This document shows positions 27,375-44,258 of a stretch of DNA of 64,000 nt, one piece after another (the stretch's first letter is position 1; each line of letters opens with the position of its first letter). Origin of the DNA: the human T2T-CHM13v2.0 reference genome, Homo sapiens; assembly GCF_009914755.1 (NCBI RefSeq), contig NC_060939.1; one strand, written 5' to 3'. The notes below the pieces were generated by a model. The model was not told the origin of the DNA. It was given only the letters and a program-made list of their open reading frames with translations, and made no database searches. A program made the position numbers and the translations under genes.

Positions 27375-28869
27375 ATATTATTTTCTTAATGGTGTCCAAA
27401 AGAATACTGAAGAAAGGTCAGCCTGGAATGTTGAACCCTACTTATTTCATAGGCAGAAACAGCTGCCAGGTTTTGGTCAACTGCTGTCTTACTAAGACTG
27501 CCAAATGGAAAGCCCAATAGGGCTGCCATGTTATACTGCATGTCATTCAAATGTTACCAATCACTTAACATTCATTGTAAATACTGAGTGTTTAGGAATG
27601 CCACAGAAATTCTGGAGAGTCACAAACTTCTAAAGGTGTCGTAAGCACTTACGCAACATTTTTATAAGCAAAATCTGAGAAGTATGATACTATTTTTCAT
27701 TTTAGAATTCAGTCATATTCTTCACTAAATTCAAAACCAAACCACATATATACCACTCAGGCCAGAGGGAGGCTGAAAAAATAACACTTGACAAACTGAC
27801 AGAAAAATGCTACCTCCTGCAGAGAAATAGAGGTGTTAAAACAAATCAGGTTGATTCTTGTTTTTATTAATGTGTAATCATTTACAGGACATACTTCATT
27901 TGCAAAGAAAATACTTGTTCATCAAGTTGAAAGATGAATGATAATCGCTTTTTGAGCATTTTATATTAACTGGATTAAGGTAGGGAACTAGCAGAAGGGC
28001 AAAAGGCAAAATTTAACAATTCTTCCTAAAATTTATTTGTCAATTTTTTGGTGTTCCAGAGAAGAAAATAATTTTTTTTCACGTTTTCCATCACTCCCAA
28101 ACAATTTTAAACAGAAAATTTTATTATTTTATCCTTTAGTTCATTATGATGAATTAAATACTTGATAAAAGGAGAAAAGTAAACTATCTTTTTATGTTGA
28201 TTTTTTTTAAAAAGAAAACCAACTGTGTGGAATGAGGGAATCAGAGACTAATTATATGAAGACTATGTTAATGTTTAATTTGGTTATATTTTAAAAAACC
28301 TGAAGGCTCCTGCAGACTGTTTTCATTCTATGCTACTACCCCACTCCTGGGCGCAACCACCAAATTTTAGTGCCACCCTCATAAATGCCAAGGGAGTAAG
28401 TTTATTTTTCCCAAGGTTCAACAGAGATCTCTTGTGCTTAGTCTGAGGGCAGTGGAGTCCTGAATTAATGCATATTTTTATTAAGCTCTCACTTTAGTTT
28501 AGCATGCAACAGATATTTTCCAAAGGTTTTTATAAACCTTCCTAGTTTTCTGACTTAAAAACCCAAAATACAGTCATGAAGCCCACGTATCTAAATATTC
28601 CTGCTCCAAAGTGAATAATGCAAAAATCTCTCAAAGTTACCATTCTCATCATTAAATCATTTTAGATTTAATTTTCAGTGCAAAATAACCAAATAGCCCC
28701 CAAAGTTTCCAGAACCTGTTGCCTCAGCAGGGAGCTAGCCTTCCCAAAGAGCACAGAGAATCCAACTAGAGTCACCTACCCACCAGGTCTCACCAGATAC
28801 AGGTTCCACAAACTTTCCTGCCTCCAGAAAATATAGGAAGAGATAAAGACCTGGGGGAATAGCATTTGC

Positions 28870-29110
28870 ATAAGCAGCGGTTATGACTGTGGGTTTTGGA
28901 GTCAAGGAGACTAGCGACTACCTCCTGATTTTGCCAATTACTAATTGTATGACACTGGGCTAGTTGCTGAATCTGTCCAAGCTCAGCTTCCCTGTGTCAA
29001 GATGAAGGCGTCAAGATGAAGATCTGCTTTAGGGAATTCGGTGAGAATCCAGCAAGATGCTGAGGGTAGGGCATTCAGCACAGCGGCTGCCTTAGCAGTG
29101 CTCCATGAAG
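28870..29110 (+). mobile_element. MIR
   Basis: tttggagtca...tactaattgtatgacactgggctagttgct...ctcagcttccc. Confidence 0.65.
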
Positions 29111-30126
29111 AGGCGATTGCTGTGATTACTGTCGTCCTCAACATTGTGATCAGCCCAAACACCTACATCTGTCAGCTATGCTTAGAAAGGGCTTGGCTGT
29201 GAGCAACACTATTGACTGTCTCTCCCTTCTCTCCAGGAATAGTACAGACAAGATAGAAGAGTCAGTGGTTGAGAACTAAGAGGTAAGAATATTTTGGCAC
29301 TGCGGTTCTTTATAACACTTAGGAATTAAAGCAATTGGCACCTTGAGTACACTCAAGGGAAAATCAGATCAGTGGCTTGAAAGTGCATCCAGTATACTTG
29401 GAAATGCAAAAATTAATTATATTTGATGGCGATATAATAATAATAGTAATAAAGATACACTTTAACACAACAACCTCAGAGGTAATATCACACAGATTTT
29501 TCAGATAACTCACGGTAGTTATTAAAATTTCTGAAGACCACATAGCTGGTAAGGAGAAGAGCCAAAATTAGAATCTAAGTCTGTTTCATTCCAAATGTTC
29601 ATAATCACTGTAATCTGTTCCAAGTGTCCTCCCAACAAGCTAGAAGCCTCATACAAAACCACTACATGATGGAATCAGATGGATGAGATGGGGTAGGATG
29701 GAAACTCATGGCATGCTCAATACAGAACTATGTGGCCTAAAAAACCAGAAGAAATGGTCAGGCCTTCTACAGAACATTCCGCACAAAGTGTCAATCTAAA
29801 ATGAGGGCCATTAATCATCTGGTAATTTTAAGATCAAACAACTGAGACCACAGGATAATCACGGAACTTGTCAGTCCTAGAACGTATGGACTCTAACGCA
29901 TATGTCAGTCATGACATCAAGTCTCACAACCAAAAACTGCCCAAAAGGTTTCTGAAAAAGAGAAACTTTAAGAATAACAATGAAGAACAAATACGGACAT
30001 TTTTTAAAATTCTCTTTTTACTAACCTAGGAGTAAACGCAACACAGTCTCATAAAAGCAAATATCAAATTTCCTTTTTTAACTACAAAGTTAGATTAATC
30101 ATAATCCTTAGTTCGTAACACATATG

Positions 30127-30421
<295 letters not shown>

Positions 30422-30789
30422 TCGTAACACATACATTTATCTCTCCTTAATGGTCCATGCATGGCCTGCCTTTATATTTAATCATTTATATTTTATGCAT
30501 GTATTTGTATGTTTTAGATAATACGATACACCCTCATGAACCCACCACCTGACACAAGAACTAGAACATTAAAAATTTACACCTATCAAGTGTTTCTCTT
30601 CAACCCACCTGCATTAACTGCTATCATGAATAATAATAATTGGCTTATTTTTCTATATATATATCATATATTTTGTATATATCTTAAAAGCATTTTTTTA
30701 GTTTTAGTTTTAATTTTAACACATTAAAAGTTTAAAGGAGAAAAAGGATGTCATATAAATAGATTCATAAAAGCATTTAATAAAATTTT

Positions 30790-32460
<1,671 letters not shown>

Positions 32461-32715
32461 ATTAAACCAGGGATCAACGTAACAATCAAACTGAAATCCC
32501 TACCTCAATAAAAACTGATCTTAAAAGTACAAACCTCCAGAATTTCCATGGTGTCATATGCAGTCTCCTTCACTTATTTCATGTGATAAAGTTCTGCATT
32601 TCATCAAGATGAAGTGAGATGCAAATAGATAAAACCACAACTGTACAGCAGTAGATATTACACCCTCTCTCATTATTTATTAGGAATAGTTTGCCTGCTC
32701 ACTTAAGAATGAATA

Positions 32716-33009
<294 letters not shown>

Positions 33010-34129
33010 TCATACACTCAGTCATAAAGAGTCTTGAGAAACTAGTGGACCAGAAAAATACTAGGTGTATTATCCTGAAAAAGCACACTCTGGAAAACAG
33101 CTCAGTCACATCATTCATCTTGCCACAATACAGTGTCCATCTGTGACCATTTTTGAGTGAATAAGGTCATACATTTGCTTAAAGATAATTTTTGGGCCCA
33201 GTAAGGAAATCTCTTTAGCTCCTAAATTAGAAGCCAGAGGAGCCTGGCAGCCTTCACATGTGAGAAACCTATTGAGCAGTGAATAGAATAATTATTCCTG
33301 AAGACTGTGTGCTCTGGATATATTCCTGAAGACTGTGTGTTCACGGAGCAGCTCAGTGCTCCGTGAAAGGCACATTTGCCTTCCCAACTCTCAGAATATA
33401 CTAAAAATGAGTTTTTTCCCCTCCTAAATGTCATTAGCATATTCTGATAATAAACAACTGTCTTTAATAGCCAGATATTTAGTATAGTAGTTATACATAT
33501 ATAGAGATGTAGCCACTCAGCCTATTGTCCTGAAAACTGGAAAATCTGCTCTTCCTGTCCTAAATATTAAGGAAGTACATAGCAGATGCTGGAGAATCTG
33601 TAAAATTAAATGTAACAGGATTACCATGAGTTTTCACTTACTATAGGTATTTAGATTCCATTCTTACATGACTTATCCACACTGATAAAGAATACGCATA
33701 AAATTAGTGTCTTTTCTGCCTTTGATAAAGAACAAAATAGTGGTAAGATAGTTTTAAACAATATGAGTTGAGTTCTTAATTAACTGTTGCAAGTGTCAGA
33801 GTAGTGTTCTATTTGTGAGTGGCAGAAAGTATCAAGACACTAGGAGAGGGCAGTTAAGGAAGCCCCCATAAAACTATGGAAATGAGAATATGGTACAAAG
33901 GTAGACAAATTCCTTGTTACAGAAATAAGGATATCGAAATGAATTAGGTTTTTTGGATCAATAATGTCAAAAACCATTACGTATGTGATTCATTAAATGC
34001 AATAACCAAAATAAAAATATTTTTCTTTTCAGAAAAGTATTCCATGATGAAATCAGTAGATTTCAAAAGAACAAACATACACATTCCAAAACCACTTGCA
34101 TGTATTGACAATGTTGGTGACATATGAAT

Positions 34130-34295
34130 TCATATGAGCTTTCTGGAGAGAACAGGCTTGAGCTTCCCCATATATGTTTCTGTCCTCCCAACTGGGCTGT
34201 GAGTTAAGAACAGGGACTGTCTTATTCCTTGTTGTATCCCAAGGGTGTGATTCAATTCTGGTGCTTAGAAAATATTTTTTGACTGAATGAATGAA
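34130..34295 (+). mobile_element. L2 3' end
   Basis: ctgtgagttaagaacagggactgtctt...gactgaatgaatgaa tail. Confidence 0.75.
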
Positions 34296-34536
34296 CTTGG
34301 TATTATATACCAAGCACTTTTAAAATTATTTTCACACCCCTTTAAACCAGTATTTCTACCCCTAGGAATTTATCTGAAGGAAATAACCAGAGACACAAAG
34401 ACACATATACAGGATGTTTGTTAGAGTATTATATCTAATAGCACAAAATCTAAATGTTCAATCACAGAGAAATGATAAAATGTCATAAATCACACAAGGA
34501 ACGTAGTACTAGGCAGTTATTTAAAAGTGTGTTTAC

Positions 34537-34815
<279 letters not shown>

Positions 34816-36213
34816 GTCTGTTTACGAAGTATAATTATTGACAAGGAAAATTTTCATAATGTAACATAATATGTCCAGTATATTTAATACATATATACAC
34901 CTAGATTCTAATGTATTATATACATATGCATGAGTATATTTATATCTGTAGGAAAAAAAGTGTGAAAATACACCAAATTGTTAACATATTTTGCTAATAA
35001 ATAGAACTTAGCTGATATACTTTAAAATTTACAAAAGTAACTAAAATTTTATTAAAAATGAAATATAAATAATTTTAATTAATAAACATACTCCATTTGC
35101 GTATGTGCTCTATCTAGAAACTATCCGACAACCACAAAAAAGCATTTGATATTTAGTCTTATAATTCAGAAATGAGACCTTCATAAGGAAAAGGAAAATA
35201 CACAAATATGGTTTAACCACCACAAGAGCAACTCCACCAAAATGAGCACATACTTTAAAAATAGTCATGCAAGTAAAATATCTCATTGGAAAGGTAAATA
35301 TTAGTGAATATTTTATTGGAAATATAAAAACATTCGTATTTAGAGTAATGTAATCGGGAAACATACCTTACAAAAATATTCTAAAATATTTTAAAATAAT
35401 ATACACTAGAAAACAAATACAGTTGTTTCCAAATTTTACTTTCTAAAAATAAAATCCTACTACTAATTCTTAACAAGGGTATGGTATTTTCCTTTTTTAA
35501 TGCTGTTTTACGTTATCACTCCCTAAAGTCAATAACTGTATCAGAATTCTGGGCTCATCTGATGAAAACATTCCATCCCTATTGGAAAACAATCTGAAAT
35601 CACATAGCCTCAGTCTGCTTCCCTGTATAGTCCATACAAACCAAACCACAAAAGCTACTAAAATTAAACAGTGGAGAATTGATTCACTGATAGGCCAGCA
35701 AAAGGTTTTTAGGTTTTTTAATTCTTTGGGTATTGTTTTGTTATTGTTGTTATCTTTTTTCTTTAATCCAGGGAAAGTCCCTACTACAAAGGTCTCAAAA
35801 CAGAATTGAAAAGAATGGATCTTGTCTGGGTGTTCAGCTATCCATATACACAGGTTCATTCTTCAGCAGTTTACTAAGCTGTTTAGTGTCTTTGAATCAG
35901 TTTTTCTCTTTGTTAATTAAAACAAGCTAAATTTGCCTTTTATGAATTCTTAGGAAGTTCTATTCTCAGATAACCTATATTAAACTTTTAAGAAAGATGG
36001 AGAATGGTTCAGAATAATTATTACAGTAGCCAAGAAGTCCAAAAACGCTAACGGCTAAGGAATAAGGAACCCTGAATATCTTAAAATCTAGCTTTACAAG
36101 CCAAAGACATCAAGACAAATATTGTAAGGCCTTGTGCATTTGTCTGACCTGTTGCGCCGACAAACTGACAGGGGAAGAGAATACCCAAATTCTGGTCATA
36201 GGCTCAGCTACTA

Positions 36214-36438
<225 letters not shown>

Positions 36439-37149
36439 TCATGTAAAGATAACCTGATCAAACAGGAGAATTTACTACTATATGCAAGAATATTGCAGTT
36501 ACTGACAGGAATATTTATGCTAAAGCATTTTAATGATTATTCAATGCAAAAAAAGTATTAATTGATTAAGGGGGGAAAACAACATTATCACAAACAACGT
36601 CATCACAGGCATCTCCCTAGCTACATAATTTTCCACTTGTCACAAATGCAAATTTTAACATTACTATTTGAAATAGCCACAAGGTACCAAATATATTATT
36701 TATAGATTATAAACCTTCAGCTTTTTCAGGCCTGAAACTTAGCATTCATTTGAACGTTTATAACCACGTAACTGAAGTCTATACAACATTAATCTGAAGT
36801 AGTGAACTCTTGAGCAAGCTCCCACAGTACTTAACTAATTTCAGTGAAGAAAGTGCACCTCTTAAAACATGCCAGTGATAGAACTGGGGAAATGCAAAGA
36901 ATAGGCCTGAAATTCTAGACCATGGGGAGATCTTAAAACATAGCAAGACTCTGTCTCAAAAAAAATAATAATAATGTAAGAAAAAAAATTCTATTAATAA
37001 ACATCTAGCAATCACTATCTCAAAAACCAACAAAAGATGAGAATATAAACAAGTTTACAAAAGTATCTGATAAATGCATAGATAATAGAGCAGGAACCAG
37101 TTCTTAGAGTGTATTTATTCAGAGCATCTGACAGACAATGCTATAGATG

Positions 37150-37545
37150 GGGTGGCAGGGACTGTGAGTTGCCTCCCAATGTCTGTTTTCTTTTGACATG
37201 GTATCATAATTTCTAGTTGCCCATACAGTCACTTAACTCAAGACTCATTTCCCAGCCTTCCTTGCTGCTGTGTATGGTCATATGACTAAGATTTGGCCAA
37301 TGGGATGTGAGTATACATATTACGCACAACTTCTCAGTCATGATCTTTGCCCTAGTTAGAATCTGATTGAAATGGTCAGAGCCATCTTAGGCCATGAAAT
37401 AGTAGATACATGAGCATCAAGGTACAAGGAGCCTGGGTCCTTGGTAACTGTAGAACCACAGTCAGGCCTGGACCTTCATTCTAGCCATGTAGATAGTAGG
37501 GAAATAAATATCTATCTTGTTTGTACCATGATTACTTGAGTTTTC
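37150..37545 (+). mobile_element. LTR33-like ERVL LTR
   Basis: catttcccagccttccttgc...ggtcatatgactaagatttggccaatgggatgtgag motif. Confidence 0.6.
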
Positions 37546-37579
37546 TCTATAAATAACAATTATTAGTCAAAATAATACA

Positions 37580-37780
37580 ATAGCTAACATTTATTTGGCA
37601 TTTACTACATACCAGACACTGTGCTAAGAGCTTTATATAAACTCTCTCATTTGCTCAAGACAGTAACAGTTTCAAGCAATTATTCCTATCCTCAGAAAGC
37701 CAGGCCTTATGGAGAAAAGATAACTTTCTCAGAGTCATTCAGCTACTAGGGCCTGAACATAGGCCTATCTGATGCTGATG
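37580..37780 (-). mobile_element. MIR
   Basis: atagctaacatttatttggcatttactacataccagacactgtgctaagagcttta. Confidence 0.8.
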
Positions 37781-40034
37781 CCATGGTCAGGCTGTGAGCC
37801 ACAGCCACATACACAATAAATTCCATTTGCCTGGGATGGAGACCAGCCACGACCCCCTTCTACAAAGCATTCCAAGAACGTTGAGTTTTATGTCCCCCAG
37901 ATTTAACTGGCATATCTTCAGGACTGTGAAGAAGAAAAAAAAAATTGCATCATAGCACAGAAATGAAGAAAGAGTTATACAGCCAAGATTCACAGGGGAA
38001 AAAGAAATCATTCCCACTGCCACTCCAATACAATGCAACTTAAAGTCATGCCATAAAGTTATACACCAAAAGGTTTATAGTTTTTTGGCTTTGGTTTTTT
38101 GTTTTTTGTTTTTTTTCAGCAGGAGGAGATTATAGAGGACCTTTATTTTCTACATTATATGTTTTTATAAGGTTTGAAATTTTTATAATCATCCAGTATT
38201 ACTTTTATCATCTAAAGAGACAATAAAGATTTTTTAAAACATGTCATAATGGGTATCAGAAATTTTCCTGCTTGGAATTTTATTTTTTATGAGAATGCAA
38301 TTGTAAGTTATGATTAAAAGTGTCAAAGTGCTAGAGAAATGTAATTATAGAGATAAAATAATAAAAGAAACATACCAATTTTTAAAAATCTATTTCCAAC
38401 TATATTATTCCAATATGGATTTAAAGCAGCTTATAACAACAACTACAGTATAACACAGAAGGAGAGTTAAGTGAAAAAAATTGAAAGCAAAAAGGAAAGT
38501 AAAGGTGAAAGAAATAAGATGAAAATGATTCCAGATGTACAGTCAGTGTGCAAAACACATGGGCTCAGGTTCTGTAGCCTTGTTACAGATACCCTGAATT
38601 TTTTTTCTAAGCTTCCTAGCAGACAAGGCAAAAAGGAGCTCAGAGTGTCCATCAGATAATAATAAGTGAATGGTTCAGAAGGAAGCACAACTGATTTTGG
38701 CACCAGGACCTACTGAGATGCTTTCTCTAATGAGTCCACAGAATGAAGGTGCTTTTTCACAAAATGAATTGTGTGTCCAGACACAAACAGGATTTTTTTT
38801 AAATGTTGGGGCCCAGTTGCAAGTATAAAAGTTTAATAATTTGGGGGCCAAAATTTAACTGAAAGCTGAAAGGCATGCATATTATATAGAAATGCAAATA
38901 AAATGGTCTCAATATAGTTCCTGGACAAGTTTCCAACCACCTTCTCCTTTATACAAATGATATACTGTAATTTACTTTCCATAATTCACTTTCTTTGCAG
39001 ATACTTATGTCTTAAATATTACTGACCATTTTTAAATATGCAACACTAAAATCATTATGGTCTGACATTTTTATATGCTTATAAAACACATTTTGTTCTA
39101 ACTGTTTTTATTAGAAGAAATGTGGCCTGCTGCAAACCAAAACCTACATATTTTACTTTGGAAAAAAAAAAGCAGCTGGAAATATAAAACCCCACACATT
39201 TGCTTTTAACACTGCTTGGGAACTAAAACCTATCATGTGCACTTGACTGTGTTTTCACAGAAAAGCAGCATTCTCAGTGCAGGCACAGCCCACGGCATTC
39301 TCACTGATCCCCAGGAAGGGGTGAGGGGGTGACTGTGCAAGCTGGGGCTCCCCGGATGAGGGCTCCCTTTCACAGGGATCTCTGGACCATTGTGTCTCTA
39401 GACTTAAGAATACAGAAAACAAAATTCCTTGGAATTTAGCCTCTGAGGAGGCAGGCAAATTATGTTAACCACAAGCAAACATCTACATTACTTTCTGGTT
39501 TGTTTCCACTACCTTCCAAAATAAATTGCAATTTAAAATCAGATCTTAGAAGACTACATATAACAAGACACCCGTATATTTTCTTTTCTTGCCTCATGAA
39601 ATGACAAAAATTGCAAAAACTTTTAATAGCATTTAAATTTTAATACTCTAATCACATGTGTTTATATTTAAATAAATGTTGGTTTCTTAAAATACGATTA
39701 TTCCCAAACTCTCTTGCTATAAATTAAAACACAAATGGAAGACGAAGATGCCCAGAGATGATTCCAGTTGATGGAAGTTCCTGGTCCAGTACAGAAAGGG
39801 AAAGAGAATAACAATAAATATAAGTCAAAAGAAGGGTGGAAACAAAATACACTGGCAGTAAAGGCATGTTGGTACCAGGTGGGTTCTTGGAAAACAGGTC
39901 AGCAGAAGTTAACAGGGTGGTCACTAGCCCAGTGAGCCAACTGTTTCCAAAACACTGGTCCAAACACAAGCCTACTTGTTCTCTGCTGGCTGGTCCCTTA
40001 TTAGAGATTTCCAGCTGGAACTTCAAAACTTGAT

Positions 40035-41100
40035 ACAAACCATGACCAAGTGGGCTTTGTCATGGGAATGCAAGACTGGATGAGTACTCAAAAAACAACC
40101 GATGTAATCCACCAGATTATCAGATTAAAAGGAAAAACAGTCATCATCAATCAATGCAGAAAAGCATTTGACAAAAGTCAACATACATTCATGATTTAAA
40201 AAAAAAAACTCTCAGCAAATTAGGAATAGAAGGGACCTTCTTCATTCTGATAACACCTACGTCTAACATAATACTTAATGGTGAAAGATTGAATGCTTTC
40301 CCCCTAAGACCAGAAACAAGGCAAAAATGTCCACTCCCACCACACCTACTTGACATTGTACTAGAAGTTCTAGCCAATGCAAGAAAAAAACTCAAGGAAA
40401 AGAAATAAAAGGCATGCAGATTTGAAATAAATTAAGTTGTTCCTATTCACAGACAACATGACTGGCTATGGAGAAAATCCCAAGGAATCAAGGGGAAAAT
40501 AATTTCTAGAACTAATAAGTCATTTTAGCAAGTTCACAGGATAAAGTTCAACACAAAAATTAACCATTTTTCTATATATACACTTCTTGTATACATAGAA
40601 ACCAAAAGAAAAAACACACATATTAGAAACCAAGAAAAAATACCACTTACAGTGTTACAAGTTATACTTAAGTACAGGTCTCAAAAAGCACATACAGGAT
40701 CTACATGCTGAAGATGACAAAATGCTGCTGAAAGAAATGAAAGAAGACTAAATAAATACAGAGGCATACCATGTTGATGAATTGGACAATTCGGCATAAT
40801 AAAGCCATCTGTTCTCACCAAACTTATCTATAAATTTATGCAATCCCAATAAAAATCCCAGCATGATTTTCTGTAGGTACAGACAAGCTGATTCTAAAAT
40901 TTATATGAAAAGACAGAAGAACTGGAATAACCAAAACAATTTTGATAAAGGAAAAATAAGATTGGAAAAATCATATAAGCTGATTTTAAAATTTAATATA
41001 AAGCAACAGCAATAAAGACAGTGTGGTATTGGCAAAGGAACAGACACATGTGTGTCTGAAATTTTTCATCATAAACAATTTTTAAAAATAAAATTTAAAA
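40035..41100 (+). mobile_element. Old L1 ORF2 reverse-transcriptase region (disrupted), joined to an L1 3' end
   Basis: Translates to [51 protein letters not shown] and LFTDNM (decayed FADDM), with frameshifts and stops. Confidence 0.92.
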
Positions 41101-41599
41101 TAAACCAAATATAAGGAATCTGGAAAGGTCACTGAGGCACATGGGGAACATTATTAAAAGGCTGGAGAACAGACACTACAGCTGTGATTCCTGCCTGTCT
41201 CATTCGCTCACTCAAACTCAATGCTTGGCATAGAGCACATAGTCCATAAATAGCTGCTCAATGAATAAAAAGTGAATGACGCACCAAGGGAAATCTTACT
41301 CTTTTTCCTTAACCCTATAGAAGGAAATAGCACCAAGAATCCTAATGAATTGATCTCCTTAATTGAAAACCAAATAGAGAAAGCTGCTTTAAAAATAAAT
41401 TTTATTTTAGAATGTCAAATCCTAAAATAGAATGTCTTTTCCTAAATACCCCAGCCTACACTGCTTTCTCTTTTATGAACTCCTCTAGTAAGTGGCCTTA
41501 ACATTTCTTAATCAAATACAGTGTTAAACTGTCCTCCTGTGTGTGGTGCCTGGGCTTTACCATGTGGTGAGGATGGAAATAGCTGACTTGTATTGATGG

Positions 41600-41800
41600 A
41601 GTTCCTGCCATATATCCTGACACTGTTCTAAGTGCTTTCCACTCAACCCTGCAAAGCAAGTTATTAGTATCCCCTCTCCCAGATGAAGAAACTGGGGCAT
41701 AGAGGGTCAAGTAACTTCTCCAAGGTCACACAGCTAGTCCAGGGCAGAGCAGGGACTCAAACACAGGCAATCTGGCTCCGTACTTGCCTCAGTACTGCCT
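41600..41800 (-). mobile_element. MIR
   Basis: cagatgaagaaactggggcatagagggtcaagtaacttctccaaggtcacacagctag. Confidence 0.85.
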
Positions 41801-43018
41801 CTTCTGAGGACCTTGAGAACCCAGACTCCTACAAATCACACTATTTTTGTGTATTTTTCTCAGCAATGTCCACCTAGGACAAGGTTGGGTATGCAGCACA
41901 TACTTTAAAATCTAAATGACTGGTGTGCTATCTGGGCTGCATTTGCAAATTCCAAGAGCATCTTTAGGGAAAGTTTTTAGTTAAAGTTTGTGTTGTTCTG
42001 AAGAGCCCTCCTGAACTTTCTATAATGTTTTAGTTAATTCCACCATGAGGATTTCCATGACAAAAAAAAATTGTTCATGTGTGATAAAGATAAAATGTTA
42101 GTACTTACCAGATGTTAAGTTTTTAATGTAAATATTGCCCAAAATAGATACCAAAACAAGACTAGCAAAGTAAAAATCCTCCTGGGGAAAATTATTTTAT
42201 ATCTCAGTGAAAGTCCTTTCCTATAAATCCCCCCGCCATCCCCAGCAAACACACATAGAAAGCCTTTGATGGCAAAGGAAACCTCAAAGATGTCTTGCAC
42301 TGAGAAAACAAAACATACAACACCCTCCAGGAATTCTGGTCCTTCTTAAGATCTCTATCACTAATTGTTTTGGAAAACCTCAATACAAGTATATGTTTCA
42401 ATTCTGGGTTACATGTGGTTTAAGGGTAAAGAAAAGAAATGACTGTAGTCAGCCATCCATTGCCATCTCTCTAATGAGGTATGTGCTTACTGAACACATC
42501 TCATCTGAAAAAAAAATTTTTATACAAAAGATGAGTTTTTCTATTGATCTTTTTTCTTCTACAGCATTCTACTAAAGAGAGATTAATCCCAAAACAACAA
42601 GAAAGGCCTTTAATGAAACCTCACAGCAGCTGGCCATCACCCAGGCTTTAGCTGTGTCCCACGATACACTCCAGACATTCTGCATGCTCTCTGTACATTA
42701 CATGTCAGACCATTCCAATGGAATGGGAAACTATGACTACACTATAATTTTAACATTTAACCCAAGTTTTTGCTGACATAATTAGCTAAAAATATTAGCA
42801 AAAAGGGTAACAAGAGCTGTCCAGTTAACAAAACTAATTTCAAATAACAAATTTGGAGGATGATAATTTCAGTGACCACAAAGTAAAAGTAAAAACTTTA
42901 TCCTATCAAGGACAGCAATAGGCTAACCGAATTCACCACCTATAAGGGGATTCTCTAGGAAACCCACCACGGGTACCCAATTTCCACTGGCAAGAAAGAG
43001 AACACAGACGTGATTATG

Positions 43019-43037
43019 TGACCACTAGGTGGCACCT
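43019..43037 (+). promoter_or_regulatory. CTCF binding motif
   Basis: TGACCACTAGGTGGCACCT matches the core CCACYAGRKGGCRS and lies in unique sequence. Confidence 0.7.
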
Positions 43038-43919
43038 TCACACTGCTTCATCTCAAAACCATATTTCCACCTCCACTATGGCCTTCCCAAAGTATTAGCA
43101 GTATAAAATTCAAACCCAGGTGCCTCACTTTAACAAAAAATAAATTTAAAAAATGAGAAAATACATTTTCAATTAAAAACTTTTCCCATTAATTTCTACA
43201 TCTAAGGCTTTGGTGTATAATCACAGAAGAATATCTCACCAAACTGTCAATATAAATTGGTATTCTGACTTTATCGCCCCTTGGCAATGCATTGTTCCAG
43301 TATTACAATGTAGAACTGAGATAAATTTGTAGCTTCAACTATATGTGTAACTGAATTAAAATAATTTCAAAAGCCCTGTGAGCAAAGGCTGTGACTAACT
43401 GAAAAAACAAATGGTGGCCTCTAATACTTCTTGAGTCCCAGCCTATGACGGCAAGTGTCAAGTAATCCTGCAGACTGGGTAGAATGTATATCATTTCTTC
43501 ATCCCTTTCAAATAAACATATTGAAGTTTTAAAAGATTTTTTAAAACAGGTCTAGATTATGACCTTGTAGGATCTACAAACAATTAGCAAATTCCTCAAG
43601 ACTTGGGTGACATTATTAGATTCAAAGGGAAAGTCTGAGTAATGGGCATTTCCCTTATTTGGAATTATGTTTTATGTTTTGTTTGTTGTTGGCAGGAGAA
43701 TGGGGCAGACAGTTCTGCCTACTTGTCTGTATCTATTTGCAAAATATCATCCCAGTTTCAGGTAGCTACAAATGGCTGGGTCCCAAGTAAACCTTTTAAA
43801 TGTGAGGTTTCTCCTTGGCAATCTCAATCTCTCCTTTTCTCTCCAATCTGTGTCCTTCCCTGCTTTGCAGCCTCTTACTCAATAACACTCCTGCTTTTGA
43901 CACCCAATGCCCTTTCACC

Positions 43920-44258
<339 letters not shown>

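Noticed and set aside
40035-41050. Reverse-transcriptase motifs suggesting a novel RT system
   Set aside because: An ordinary dead L1 ORF2 fragment with a decayed catalytic motif and frameshifts.
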